A stretch of DNA of 64,000 nucleotides from an uncultured Nitrospinota bacterium (GCA_963707985.1 CAVPRW010000023.1:64001-128000), one strand, 5' to 3'; positions 48,295-60,618 are shown, numbered from the stretch's first letter. Made by a program: numbers and translations. Notes: generated from the letters alone by a model not told the origin.

Positions 48295-48999
48295 CGTCCC
48301 TGAAGACGCCGCCTATTGACCTACGGAGAGGCACGATGGAGGCAGCCACCGTGATCTCTCTCGCCCCAGAAATCGTTCGAATGGGCATGGTTAACTTGGT
48401 CCACACCCCATAATTGCACGGTGAGGGGCCATCAGCCCTGCTGAGACCGTCCGGATGAAAGACTATTGCCGTGGCTCGTGCCATTATGGGTCTGATGAAG
48501 CACAGGAACGAACACCGTCATAGGCTCCATCAAATCATCATATTATCAAGTGCTTGAGGTCTCGCTTCCGCCTCTCACCAGGCGTGCGGCACGTCATGAT
48601 TCCGCGCCTGGATTAGCCGACGCACTCCAAAGGCCATGCATAGGCCCGATCCTGAAAAGACAGACGTGATCCTGTAGAGACCGTGAGAGAGATGGGAGGA
48701 AGAGGCCACGCATGTAGGCGATGATAGTTTCGGTACCTGTGTTTCATCGGACCCATAACGCGAGCGCGTTTCCATGACGCGCCAGTCTGCCGTGTATAGG
48801 GATGACGTCGAGCGTCGCACCCCTCATCGCGGCGGGCACCACGATCGCACCGATGGTGCCACGTGAGCGGCCTGGTCTCGCGATGCGGGTCCTTCACGAC
48901 GTCGGTGAGCCGGGATGGAACGGGGAGTGCACACCTTCGCGCGGGCGTTCGCTAACGCCTTCCCCCGCGTGGGGGACGACTGGAAAGGAGAGGTGGATC

Positions 49000-49353
49000 A
49001 TGGTACGACGCGCGTGCCTCCTCGCGCTGCTGTTGACAGGGCTCTTCGGATGGAAGGGCTCTCAGGCGCGCGGTCAAGCGCTGAGACCAGGCCAGTTCGC
49101 CGCGAACCTCACCGGAGGACCTTGGATCAACAGCTCAGCGCTCAGCATGGAAGGTCTCCGTGGCCGAGTGGTGCTGCTGGAATTTTGGACGTACGGCTGA
49201 ATCAATTGTCAACACGTGATCCCGCAGTTGCGGGCCTGGCACACGCTTCTCTTGGTGGACAAGCAGGGGATTATCCGCTATCGCCACATCGGTGAAGGCG
49301 ACGATGCGGCGATCGAAGCCACGATCCAGGCCCTGTTGGCCGAGGCGGGATGA
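49000..49353 (+). pseudogene. secreted redoxin (AhpC/TSA, DipZ-like) with UxxC (UGA 49198-49200), internally deleted
   Basis: LRGRVVLLEFWTYG-UGA-INC in frame, then RAWH joined directly to TLLLVDKQGIIRY.HIGEG. Confidence 0.75.
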
Positions 49354-49699
49354 CCGTGAGAATGGGCTAGCAATGTTTCTCAACGGCTCCAGCGCTGAGA
49401 ACACCAGGAAGGGGCCGTTGAAACGGAGTGGTCGCGTGCGATGATAGGAATAGCGGCGGCACCGAAACGAAAACCTACGCGAAGAGCACCACGGTGAGAT
49501 GCTGCGTTGAAGAGTGAACGCTCCCGAGAATACAAACCGGGCCAGAGCCTTATTTACATCAGTGGGGAATTCAGCGGACTCGTTTCCAAGCGTTTGAATA
49601 AATAACCGAAACCTTCCATTCAGGCGTTTCCAGAGGAACGCTGCATGTGCTCAAACCCGCGTGGCAGTTGCCATGAGATGAGCTGGCACGTCATTCGTG

Positions 49700-49973
49700 A
49701 GTCGGCATAACTCCCCAAGTAGGTCAAGGATGTGTTGGCCCGCTTTGCTGGGAGTACGGCAATATCAACCACTTGAAAAAAACAGCCACCGTCGCCGATG
49801 ATGCGGCCCATCGTAATCGTTTCGGTTGAATCTCGAATATGCACGCCGTACCACGTTCCAGCTCACCCCAGTGTCGCGGCTTGAATGCTCTTGGGGCTCA
49901 GACCTGCGGCTTCGCGTAGATGCATGTAGGCTTCGACGGACGGTGGTGTGTTGATAAGTGTGGACGTGTTCAC
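49700..49973 (-). pseudogene. GNAT acetyltransferase remnant
   Basis: YMHLREAAGLSPK and MGRIIGDGGCFFQVVDIAVLP; frameshifted and truncated. Confidence 0.7.
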
Positions 49974-50030
49974 GGTTCCTCCCCTCGTTTTTGAGACAGA
50001 GCCTCGATAGGACACAAAGCATGTCTGCTC

Positions 50031-52861
50031 GTGTTTCACTGCTGGCACGTCAAAAGGGCATTCTCTCTGAGTTTTGCAACATCAGACGTCCACATCCGTG
50101 GACATGCTTCGCGGACACTCCACCTCCCGGATCGCGTCGATCACCATCGGCTCGGTTTTGCGGTCCATCTCAATTTCTTTGAATTAGAAGGTCGTTTCCC
50201 GACATCCCCACGGGATATTCCTGCCGTCGCGTTGAGTGCACTGGCCACGCCATTGCCTATCTCACCTACAGCCTTGATCCACTACGATTGGAGCGGCCGG
50301 GCGCGGAAAAACCACCGGGCGCAGAGCCGCACCTGGTATGGTTTTCGTCCATTTACGCGTACAGATGGCCAGGCTCTGCACGCCTGGTTGCACCGAGAGG
50401 TGTTCCCAGGGGATGCGAACCTCCAACACCTGTCTGACATAGGACTCGACTGGTGCCGCGACCAGCATCTGGAGCCACCTACGACCGGACGGCTGGAGCG
50501 CCTCCTCCGCTCTGCGGTCCAGACCTATGAGCAGACCTTATTCGCGGCGACCTCTGGACGTTTGACGCGCGCGACCCAGCAGCAGCTGGAGGCGTTGCTC
50601 CAGCCCCTGGAGGAAGAGGCCCCGGCCGAGGCGATCCCTACGGATGACGACATGCCCGCCACCGCACCTTTCGCTGACATGAAAGCCGATCCGGGCCCTG
50701 TGGGGCTCGCAAGCGTCCTGCAAGAGCTGGCCAAGCCGCAACGGTTAACCGCCTTGGCATTACCACCCAACCTCTTTGCCGATATGTCCCCCAAACGCCT
50801 TCAGGTCTTCCGGGCCCGTGCGACGACCGAACCACCGCGCGAGATGCGCCGTCACCCGGCGCCCATTCGCTATACCCTCCTGGCAGCCTTCTGCTGGCAG
50901 CGCCGCCAGGAGGTCATTGATGGCTTAGTCGATTTGTTGGTGGTGATCATCCACCGTATTAGCGTGCGCGCGGAACGGAAGGTCATCAAGGCACTCGTGC
51001 AGGACCGAGAGCGAGTCGATGGCAAAACGACCCTCCTCTACAAACGGATCATCGCCAGCCTTTCGTCTCGTGCACGGAGGTCCCCATCGACGGCGTGGTC
51101 CGTCCCCACTGGCAAGAATTCTTGATCGAGACCGCTCCCGATGGCGGCGACCGTATCCACCGCATCAACTATGAGATCTGTACCCTCCAGGCGTTACGAG
51201 AATGTCTGCGGTGCAAGGAGATCTGGGTCGAAGGCGGTCAGCGGTATCGCAATCCCGACGACGACTTGCCTCAGGATTTCGACGCCAAACGGGCGGCTTA
51301 CTATGGCGCGCTGGCCCTACCGCAGGACGACGATACCTGTATCGCGAAGGTACAGGCGGATATGCAGGAGGCCCTCACCCAGTTCGACCGTGGGCTGCCA
51401 CAGAACCTGAAGGTCCGGCTCCGCACCTACGGCGACAACCGGATCGTCCTTACCCCCCTGGAGGCGGAGCCCGAACCCTCGCAGCTCGGGCAGCTCAAGG
51501 CCGAAGTCTTGCGACGCTGGCCCATGACGGGACTGCTGGACATGCTCAAAGAAACCGATCTGCGCCTCGGATTTACCGAGGCGTTTCCAAGCCTCGGCAG
51601 CCGTGCGACCTTGGACCGCCGCACGCTGCAGATGCGCCTGCTCCGCTGCCTGTATGGGCTCGGTACCAATGCCGGCCTGAAGCGGATGGCCTCCATCGAC
51701 GCTGGGGTCAGCTACCCAGAGTTGCTCTATGTGCGCCGACGTTTGCTCCACAAAGACGCCCTCCGGGAAGCGATTCAGCGCGTGGTGAACGCCACTCTGG
51801 CTGTACGGGTGCCAGAGATCTGGGGCGAAGTGACCACGGCCTGCGCCTCGGATGCGAAGCATTACGGCGTCTGGGATCAGCATCTCATCACCGAATACCA
51901 TGCCCGCTATCGGAAAGCGGGCGTGACGATCTACTGGCATACGGATGAACGGGCCGCCTGCATTTACTCGCAACTGAAGCGCTGCTCCTCCTCTGAGGTC
52001 GCGGCCATGATCCAGGGGGTGTTGCGTCACTGTACCGAGATGACCATTGAACGCCAATATACCGACTCGGCGGGGCAGAGCCATGTCGGATTTGCCTTAT
52101 GTACCCTGTTGGGCTTCGAGCTGATGCCGCGTCTGAAAGCCATCGCTTCACAAAAGTTCTATCGCCCCGTTGTGGGCCACCCTGACGTGTGCGCCCATCT
52201 GCAACCAATCCTCACCCGTCCCATCGACTGGGACCTGATCCGCCAGCACTACGACGAGATGGTCAAGTATGCGTCGGCCTTGCGTCTCGGCACAGCTGAG
52301 GCCGAAGTGATTCTGAAGCGGTTCATGCGCTACAATCTCACCCACCCGCCCTACCAAGCCCTCGTCGAGCTGGGCAGGGCGATCAAAACCGCCTTTCTCT
52401 GTCGGTGCCTCCATACTGAAGCGCTCCGACGCGAAGTCAACGCCGGCTTAAACGTCGTTGAAAACTGGAATAGCGCCAACGATTTCATCTTCTACGGCAG
52501 AAGTGGTGAAATTGCGAGTAATCGCTTGGATGACCAGGAAATCGCCATGCTCTCCTTACATCTCCTCCAGTCGTGCTTAGTCTACGTCAACACCCTCATG
52601 CTCCAGCAGGTGCTGGCAGACCTCACCTGGGCGTCATCCATGACCCCAGAAGATTGGCGGGGGCTGACGCCGCTGATCTACCATCACGTTCACCCCGACG
52701 GTATCTTTGAACTCGATCTCACCAAACGCTTAAGGATCGATCCATCCCCCGATGTCCTGGCGGCCTGGCCTGACCGAGAACGACTGTTTTCGGCAAAGTG
52801 TGCCCCAAAGCCCTCTGGAACCATGCGGGTTCCAGAGCGAGGAGGCGTGATGCCCCACTGA
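50031..52861 (+). mobile_element. tnpA: Tn3-family transposase, degraded (deletion/frameshift near 51050)
   Basis: [50 protein letters not shown]. Confidence 0.9.
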
Positions 52862-53085
52862 CCGGGCGGGCGATTCCTCATATGATCAGCCGGGCAGGCA
52901 TCACTGCCGCCTTACCCTTTCCGGTCCATCCGCCTATGTTACGGCACGCGTGCGGATTTTACCTGGCGCACAAGAATACGGATACGCGCGCCATCCAACA
53001 GTATCTGGGGCATCGCAACATCCAACACACCGTACGGTATACAGCACTCGCGCCCCAGCGGTTTCAAGACTTCTGGGACGATTGA
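52855..53085 (+). pseudogene. tyrosine recombinase (FimB-like) C-terminal fragment
   Basis: HPPMLRHACG, YLGHRNIQHTVRY. Confidence 0.8.
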
Positions 53086-53273
53086 CAATCGCCTCTCCAT
53101 CATGCCTCGCTGCTGCTGTTGCCCCAAATGATAGCTGCGCTATAGTTAGGTCGTTATGGCGGGAGGCCTCAGCCTCACCCCCCGGCCCCCACTGGCCTAG
53201 CCGATTCAACCAGCCACCTGCAGGGTCGTCAATGTTGCCGGACGGTCAGGCCCACCGCGAGGAGTACCCCTCT

Positions 53274-53760
53274 CTAAACCGTCTCAATATGGGTCTCTGG
53301 AACAAGGAGTGCGAACGGCTCCTGCCGGGAGCGTGTATACCCGATGATCTCGCCTCCGGCATCGCCCCGGAGCTCGTCGAGGACATTGTAGAGCAACGCG
53401 GCTGCGCGGCTTACCAGAGCGGTAGCATTGCTCGTACCGCGCGTGCACCACGTCGCGTTCCTGTTGCCGGGGGTGCGGCCTGGAACTGCCACCACCTGAC
53501 CTGGGGGCAACGTGTGATTGTAAATATCTAGGACCTCCCCTGTGGTGGAACCGAGGTACTCCTGGACGACGACTCGGCCACCTGGTGCGGGGACGTCTGG
53601 CTTAATCGCCCGACGGTAGCCCATGCCCTGCGCGTTGATGGTGCTGGGAGGCCCGCACCGACATAGGGATGGACCCACGTTTCCCCGAGGGAGCTGGCGA
53701 TGACGGTCTCGTAGTGCACGATGAGCAGAGGCGTCGCGAGCCCCATCTCCGTCGCCAGCG
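53274..53760 (-). pseudogene. S8 subtilisin-like peptidase internal fragment
   Basis: GMGYRRAIKPDV.APGG and GTSNATALVS (catalytic Ser motif). Confidence 0.7.
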
Positions 53761-53827
53761 CTTCCGCCGAGGAAGTCTTCCCGTTGCCAGGCGGTCCTGC
53801 GAGAAGGACTAGAAGTTAGCCATTCAC

Positions 53828-53944
53828 TTGACCATCTATGACAAACCCTTTCCGGAAGACCTGATTCTGCGAATTGGGTATGCCATCGAGCAGGCCACCG
53901 ACTAGCATCGCCGCACGCCAGACCTCTCATGTGTCCATGGATAG
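53828..53944 (+). pseudogene. amidase C-terminal remnant
   Basis: Manual translation KPFPEDLILRIGYAIEQATD*HRRTP. Confidence 0.6.
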
Positions 53945-53975
53945 AGCGCGTTCCTGGGAGTGCCCTTCCCCCCTC

Positions 53976-55239
53976 TCAGCGACTCGCCAGCGCGAGCATG
54001 ACCTCAGCAAGAATTCTTGTGCCGGCCGCCAGATCAGACGGGGTAGCGGACTCGGCTTCGTTGTGACTGACCCCGCCCCGGCACGGTACGAACAGCATGC
54101 CGCTGGGACAGAGGTCGGCCATGTACTTGGCGTCATGCGTGGCGCCAGAAACAATATCCATATGCGACTAGAGCCTGGCGTGTGGCGGCCTGTTTGAGCA
54201 GGTCACGGATGGCTGGATCAAACTCTACTGGTGGCGAATAGAGCGTTTCAGTGACCACCACGCTGCAGCCATGCGCCTGGGCACGGCATACTGCGTCGAC
54301 CTGGTCGCCGAGGCGAGACAGCACCTCGGCACTGGGATGGCGCAGATCGATGGTGAAAAGAACACGGCCTGGCACGGTGTTCGGCGAGTTTGGCGTGACT
54401 TCGAAACGCCCCACGGTAAACCGAACGGTATCGGCGCTGTCGTACATCAGTGCCTGCAGGGCTGTCACCATGCGGACAGCAGCTACCAAAGCGTCCTTGC
54501 GGATGCGCCGTGGAGTAGTGCCGGCGTGCGCCTCTTCCCCTGTCACCTCGACGCGAAACCACCGTAACCCCTGGATGCCAGAGACAATACCAATGGTGTG
54601 GTGCGTCGCCTCCAGGATAGGCCCTTGTTCAATATGGGCTTCGAGATACGCCGCCATGGGGAAACGAAACGCCCGCCGTTGCGGAATCGCCAGGCGTTGC
54701 ATGGTCTCAGCCAGCGCCTGCGCCACGCTGATGCCGGCAGCATCGGTGGTGGCCAGGGCCGTCTCCAGCGGCAGGGCGCCGGCGAACACGGCCGATCCCA
54801 TGGTGGTGGGCTGAAAGCGTGCGCCTTCTTCGTTGGTCCAAACCACGGCTTCAAGTGGATGGTTAGTAACAATCCCAACATCAGCAACCGCCTCGAGCAC
54901 CTCAAACGCCGCGAGGACACCATACACGCCGTCAAAGTTGCCGCCGGTGGGTTGGGTGTCAAGATGCGACCCGGCCACCACCGGGCGTGCCGTTGAGTCC
55001 TCGCCGGCACGGCGCATGAAGACGTTGCCAATGGCGTCAACACTGGTGCTGAAGCCACGCATGGCAGCCCAAGCGAGCAAGCGCAAGCGGGCCTCCGCGT
55101 CCTCTGGCGTCAGGGCCTGGCGGTTAACCCCGCCGCGGCCAGTGGCACCGATGCTGGCCATTTCCATATGACGCTGCCAGAGACGGTCCTCGCGCACTGC
55201 CTTGACCACGGCGGCTATGGTTGCCGATGACTCCGACAT
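53976..55239 (-). CDS. M20 Zn-dependent hydrolase (beta-ureidopropionase/allantoate amidohydrolase), one frameshift
   Basis: GSHLDTQP.GG, NEEGARF, EAHIEQG, HAGTTP, SGATHDA, SHNEAE. Confidence 0.9.
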
Positions 55240-55281
55240 CTCCAACTCTCCTCGTTTCCTGTGCCGCATTCCGCCCGCGTC

Positions 55282-56691
55282 TCACAACGTCCCAGAGGCG
55301 CCGCGCCGCAGAAACTCACCCATGCCTTCGCGCCCGTGCCAATCCTTCCCGTCCACAATCAGTTGGCCGCGCAGAAAGACCTTTTTGACGCTTCCCGTCA
55401 GCGTATGGCCCTCAAACAGGCTGTAGTCAACGCGGCTGTGATGCTCCGAAGCCCGGATAGTCCAGGTGTTGTGGGGATCAAACAGGACGATGTCGCCATC
55501 CGAGCCCACGGCAATGGTGCCTTTCTTGGGAAAGAGGCCGAACAGCTTGGCGGGGTTGGTCGCCGTCAGCGCCACGAAGCGGTTGAGCGACAGGCCTCGC
55601 TGTCCGACGCCCCCGTCGTAGATCAGTGGCAGACGTGTTTCGATCCCTGGAGCACCGTTGGGGATCTTGCTAAAATCGTCTTTCCCTTGCTGTTTTGAGA
55701 ACTTCATGCCGAACAGCTGCTCGTTGAAACAAAACGGACAGTGGTCGGTTGAGACCACCTGTAAGTCATTGGTGCTGAGCCCACGCCATAGGGCCTGTTG
55801 GTGGGTGGCGTCACGCAACGGCGGTGTCATCACATATTTCGCGCCTTCAAACTCGGGCCGATCGTACTCTTCCCGTGTCAGGAACAGGTAGTGCGGGCAG
55901 GTTTCCGCGTGCACCGGCAGGCCGGCGTCACGCGCCTCGGCAACTGCCGCCAGCGCCTCGCGCGCCGACAAATGCACCACATACAGCGGCGTCTCAGCCA
56001 ATTCGGCAATCTTAATGGCGCGATGGGTCGCCTCGCCCTCCATCGAGGTGGGACGCGTGAGGTTATGATACTTCGGCGCCACCTGGCCCGCTGCCACGGC
56101 CTCCTCGACGAGCACCTGGATCACCTGCCCGTTTTCAGCATGCACACAGATCATGGCGCCATGCCCTCCGGCGAGGCGCATGGCCTTGAATAGTGCGCCG
56201 TCATCAAGCATGAGGACGCCAGGATAGGCCATGAACAATTTGAAGCTGGTCACGCCTTCGCGCCTAATGAGGGTCTGCATGTCGGTCAGCGACTGGTCGT
56301 TGATGTCGAGCATGATCATATGGGCGCCGACATCGACGCTGGCGCTGGCGGCGCGTCTATGCCAATCCTCCAGGCCGACCAATGGGCTGGCGCCGCGGGA
56401 TTGGTTGCAAAAGTCGATGACCGTCGTGGTCCCACCAAAAGCGGCCGCTTTGGTCCCCGTGCCAAAGGTATCCACGGTGCGAGCCACACCAAAATCCCAA
56501 TCCAGGTGGGTATGTACATCGACGCCGCCGGGTAAGACGAGGAGTCCACTGGCGTCGTGCGTCTCGACGTGGTTGCCAACCACTAGTCCCTGGCCAATGG
56601 TGCGAATACGACCGTCCTCGATCAGGATGTCCGCCTGATAATCGTCAACGGCAGTCACAATCCGCCCGTTCTTGATAAGCACTGTGGCCAT
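55282..56691 (-). CDS. hydA: dihydropyrimidinase
   Basis: PGGVDVHTH, SFKLFMAY, VHAENG, ETCPHYL, TDHCPF, IPNG. Confidence 0.93.
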   Translation of the reverse strand: MATVLIKNGRIVTAVDDYQADILIEDGRIRTIGQGLVVGNHVETHDASGLLVLPGGVDVHTHLDWDFGVARTVDTFGTGTKAAAFGGTTTVIDFCNQSRGASPLVGLEDWHRRAASASVDVGAHMIMLDINDQSLTDMQTLIRREGVTSFKLFMAYPGVLMLDDGALFKAMRLAGGHGAMICVHAENGQVIQVLVEEAVAAGQVAPKYHNLTRPTSMEGEATHRAIKIAELAETPLYVVHLSAREALAAVAEARDAGLPVHAETCPHYLFLTREEYDRPEFEGAKYVMTPPLRDATHQQALWRGLSTNDLQVVSTDHCPFCFNEQLFGMKFSKQQGKDDFSKIPNGAPGIETRLPLIYDGGVGQRGLSLNRFVALTATNPAKLFGLFPKKGTIAVGSDGDIVLFDPHNTWTIRASEHHSRVDYSLFEGHTLTGSVKKVFLRGQLIVDGKDWHGREGMGEFLRRGASGTL

Positions 56692-56727
56692 TTGCCTCTC
56701 CCCGTATGGTTGAAAGATCGCGCCGAG

Positions 56728-56916
56728 TTACGCTGCCTTCCCCGCGCCCTCACCGGTTAGCGCCTCACACATGACGGCGCTGGGCGGCGATGAGTTGGGC
56801 ATAGGGCCCATCGGTAGCGACCAGGTTGGCGTGGCGCCCGCTTTCGACCACCCGGCCAGCTTCCAACACGACCATGCGATCGGCATCAGCAATGGTCGAT
56901 AGCCGATGCTAGACAC
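56728..56916 (-). pseudogene. ABC transporter ATP-binding C-terminal fragment
   Basis: Alternate frame reads [27 protein letters not shown]...GPYAQL. Confidence 0.7.
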
Positions 56917-57409
56917 TTTTCAGTGTCCTTGGTTCATTCTTCTGGGACTGAGTCCAAAAATACGAAAATGCTCGAGTTGCCCAAATGTCGACCAGGCATC
57001 TACCCCGCTGGACTAGGGGAAAGCTGGGAACTTCAACTCATTCCGGCGCCTGACAGAGTTCAATCCGCTTTTTCGCTTGCGCATCAACTCGTGCATCACA
57101 CTAATGACGTCTATGAATTCCTCTCTTCGTGGGGTAATACTGATGTCGTACAGGGCAAGCAGCAGTGCCTCGGCTCGGTTTGTACCGAACGCATGCCCCT
57201 CCCGGAATTTGAGCATCAGCAGCCAAAAATATGGAAGATCGAATTGTTCGACCCACTCGCGTGCCAGCAATGGGGCGTCGCCAAGAGACCAGCGACCGAT
57301 CACGGTACGTATGAACAAGGCTACTCCCCTTAAGTTGTCACTGTCCAGCCGATGATTCGTTGGGACTGAGATTCCGACATAAGCGAATGACTTGATCTGT
57401 GGCTCATTT

Positions 57410-57701
57410 TCCTCTCATGGCGCTCTTGATGGTGATGACGGTGTGCTTGCTGGTGTATGCAGCATTGGAGTATCGCATTCGCAAAGCGCTGAAGGATCAC
57501 GACGCCACCTTTCCCAACCAAAAAGGGCAACCGGTGCAGAACCCAACGGCGCGGTGGGTCTTCCAGTATTTTGTGGGGATTCATGTCCTCCTGATCCCTG
57601 GGGAGGGGCCCTTGGTGCTCAATCTCGCAGAGGAGCATCAGGGCGTGCTCCGACTGCTTGGAAACCCTTACATGAGCCTTTATGGAATCAAATATTCGTA
57701 A
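57410..57701 (+). mobile_element. IS1634-family transposase C-terminal remnant
   Basis: ALLMVMTVCLLVY, PNQKG..NPTARWVF. Confidence 0.75.
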
Positions 57702-57727
57702 AATTCAGAAGCTCTGTGCGGAATGTC

Positions 57728-58560
57728 GGTTTATCGATGACACGCCCATCTTTTTGCCGGAGAGTGATCCGTTTGTCTTGCGATTCCGCGTTCGTCCAGT
57801 CGTGTGGCTCGACGTCGACCAAGCTACTCCGATTCATGAGGATACGGTGTGGGGCGGATTGTCGTTCACTCGGGGGCTGGACAAGGGCTCTAACGCTTGG
57901 ACAGGAAAAGTCCGTGGCAGCTTGGTGCGTCTCGACAACCGTGACGGTAAGTTCCTAGCCGAGCAGCTCACCGCGCAATCCGTTGGCGGACGGCTCTATC
58001 CACTCGATGAGCAAGAATCTCGTAAGCTCAGAACGCACACGGTGACCCGGACTGATAAAGTTGTCGCGGTTTCAGTTCCGGACGATACCACAGCAGTGGA
58101 TGAGGCGATCGTCGCCCCGGAGGCCGAGACGCGTGAGTCGATACGGGTGCAGGCACTCATCGCCAGCATTGGGGCGCGGATGGGCATGGCTATATGGATT
58201 CCCCGTGCTGATCGCACGGCGGTCTTGAAGGAATAGCAAAACGAACAGAATACCCTGCTCGAACGCCTTCCACTCAACTACGACGATACCACGCTCCGCA
58301 CGATCGAACAGATTGGTGTGTCGTGGCTGCGGGGGCGCTCGATCGTACGCGCTTTTGAGGTCGAGCACACGACGGCGGTCTACTCGGGTATTCTGCGCAT
58401 GGCGGACTTGTTGGCGCTCCAGCCTAATATGGACATCAAGCTGCATATCGTCGCGCCCACCGCGAGACGCGAGAAGGTCTTCGAGGAGATCACACGGCCG
58501 GTATTCTCACTGCTGGAAAAAGGTCCCTTGGCAGACAGCTGCACGTATCTCTCCCATGTT
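57728..58560 (+). pseudogene. EVE-like + PD-(D/E)XK-like nuclease remnant
   Basis: DPFVLRFRVRP, IWIPRADR, AFEVEHTT.VYSGILRMADL; internal TAG at 58234; 5' end replaced by an IS fragment. Confidence 0.55.
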
Positions 58561-59256
58561 TCGGCCTGTGACCAGCATCGCGAGGCTCTCGACCGCTAGG
58601 GTGGCCTCCTTGGCGCTATTTGCGAGGTCCTGATTAGGCCCAGTGAGAAAGTCCATCGCTTTCGAGAAATGCTCGGCAGCGGCCTCATAGCGTCGGGCTC
58701 CTAGCTTCGCCTGCATCTGTATAACTGGTGACCTCTCCAGGCCGGGCACTCGCCCTGCTGGAAAATCGCGCATGAGCTGAGAAGTGGGGGAGAAATCAGG
58801 CGATATACTTCCAAGTCTCGTCCAATAGATACCATCTCCGGCTAGCGCAACCCATGCAATCTCGCCCGAGGGGACCGCAAGGCGAAGGTGATCGGCTAGA
58901 GAAAAGCGGACTTGGGCTAGTCCAAACCGCCAACCCCAATAGATTTTGGCTGTAGCATAGGCAAAAACATCGTCGTCTGAAGCTTGCGGCCTCCCCGGCT
59001 TATAGCGCGTTTGTTCAAAAAGCGCTTGTAGCGTATGGTTTGCGTTAATCTCCACAGCGGGCGTTCCCGACGGAGTAAATGGAAGCATTCCCAAAGTGCC
59101 GAGGTATTGACCAATAGCGTACCGGCTAAGTTGCTCGAAGGCTTCCTTTTCGCTGGTCAGAGAATTGGGGAGAGTCTGATCACCGATCCAGCGAGAAAAT
59201 ACATCATCAATGACGACCGCTACCCTGCTGTGGGGTTCCTTCGGACCTAACTGCAC
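58507..59256 (-). CDS. hypothetical protein, possibly truncated, with Abi/HEPN-like C-terminal start
   Basis: Lower-GC 249-aa ORF; HFSKA..L....DLANSAKEATLAVESLA motif. Confidence 0.45.
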   Translation of the reverse strand: MQLGPKEPHSRVAVVIDDVFSRWIGDQTLPNSLTSEKEAFEQLSRYAIGQYLGTLGMLPFTPSGTPAVEINANHTLQALFEQTRYKPGRPQASDDDVFAYATAKIYWGWRFGLAQVRFSLADHLRLAVPSGEIAWVALAGDGIYWTRLGSISPDFSPTSQLMRDFPAGRVPGLERSPVIQMQAKLGARRYEAAAEHFSKAMDFLTGPNQDLANSAKEATLAVESLAMLVTGRNMGEIRAAVCQGTFFQQ

Positions 59257-60102
59257 AGTAAAGTGGCAAACGAAGGTCTTAGGCGGACTCGAAGGAAAGG
59301 GGCAATGATCCTCGAATGCAATAATACCGAGACCAGACTGCCCATCGTGGAATGTAACTACCTCGTACGCGGAAGAGCCTAAAATAAACCCCCAAGTTTA
59401 GCGGTTTGAAATGCCTGGAGGGCCACGAGATGAGCGGCACGCTATTGTCCTTCTTTGATCGGGACAGCTTCAACTGAACGCATAGAATAGAATGCGCACT
59501 ATGGGGCTGTCAAGGCGACGCAGCTAGGCAGGCAGGGATTGGGCTACATCTGAAGGTAGGACAGGCGATGGGTTGGGCTACGGGCCCCCTGGGCCACAAA
59601 AAATCGAGGGAGCAAGGCTTGTGAGCGGTGAATGTCACGGGAGCCACCCCAACCAATGTAGAATCGGGTATAAGGTCGCACCCAAGCTGACAACAGTTGC
59701 TATCGCAATAACCGCCGTCCAGCGGTTCACTGCTTTTGCGGACCTTTCCTGACTGTATCGAAATAACTCTTCCCTCCAAGTTGTCTGGGGAGTACTGAAC
59801 ACCAGACCCGCTAGAGACTACCTGTCGGTATGCCTCCAGATGTTTCTGGTCACTAGGGTCTGGCAGTATTCGCTTGTTTATTGCGTCCAATGATCAGCCC
59901 TTATGGTCTAGGAAAATTAGGCCGGTTGCGCGGGGTGCCTCATCACCTCGGAGCCCTTTTCCATCGCGTGGGTGCCTGGGGTAATTTGGTTATGCCAGCC
60001 AACATTCCAGTTGACTTGCCCACCTTGCTCCGCCATATTGACATCACTTCGGCCAGCCTCTGTGGCATCTATCGTCTATTCTTGGGTAAGAGAGGGCTGT
60101 TC

Positions 60103-60555
60103 ATGCGAGCACAGCGACTGTGGTTGATCGGTTTCGTGGTGTTGTTGACGGCACAGGCTCAGGCTGCCAGTATAGGGGTCTTTTGTTGGCAGCTCCTTCC
60201 AACGCCGGATACCGTCTGTTTTGACGTCGATAATGCTCCCCAGCAAGCACATGCCGCAACGTTGGTTGGAACGACCTTTCTCGTGGGGTCCTACCGCTAT
60301 CCCGTTACAGGTGTTGTAGCGTTTAATGAAAACTCCGGAGTTTTTGACATGAGCTGGACCACTTACTTCAGTAACCGGGCATTTTTCAATGCGGTTTTGA
60401 ATCCTCAGTCCCTGGAAGGCCCATTTTTTGCGAGCGATGGGTCCCTAGGGACTATGCACTTTATAGGTATGGGCTCGTCAGCCGCCGTCGGATCGGATGA
60501 GAACGTTGGTGGGAATCAGGTGGACCCGCGGACTCTCTTAGAACAGATGCGGTAG
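60103..60555 (+). CDS. hypothetical secreted protein
   Basis: Signal peptide MRAQRLWLIGFVVLLTAQAQA; beta-rich mature part with two Cys. Confidence 0.6.
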   Translation: MRAQRLWLIGFVVLLTAQAQAASIGVFCWQLLPTPDTVCFDVDNAPQQAHAATLVGTTFLVGSYRYPVTGVVAFNENSGVFDMSWTTYFSNRAFFNAVLNPQSLEGPFFASDGSLGTMHFIGMGSSAAVGSDENVGGNQVDPRTLLEQMR

Positions 60556-60618
60556 GGTGCGCTCTCAGTTCTATTTCCTCTCCCGATGTACGACTGTCCT
60601 CGAGCCTGAAGTCTGATA

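Noticed and set aside
58234..58236. In-frame TAG as pyrrolysine or readthrough
   Set aside because: Best explained as a TGG-to-TAG mutation in a truncated pseudogene; similar TAG stops occur in the amidase and transposase remnants.
59279..59890. Short low-GC ORFs (also 57013..57318)
   Set aside because: No recognisable motifs or clear starts, so no call is supportable without a search.
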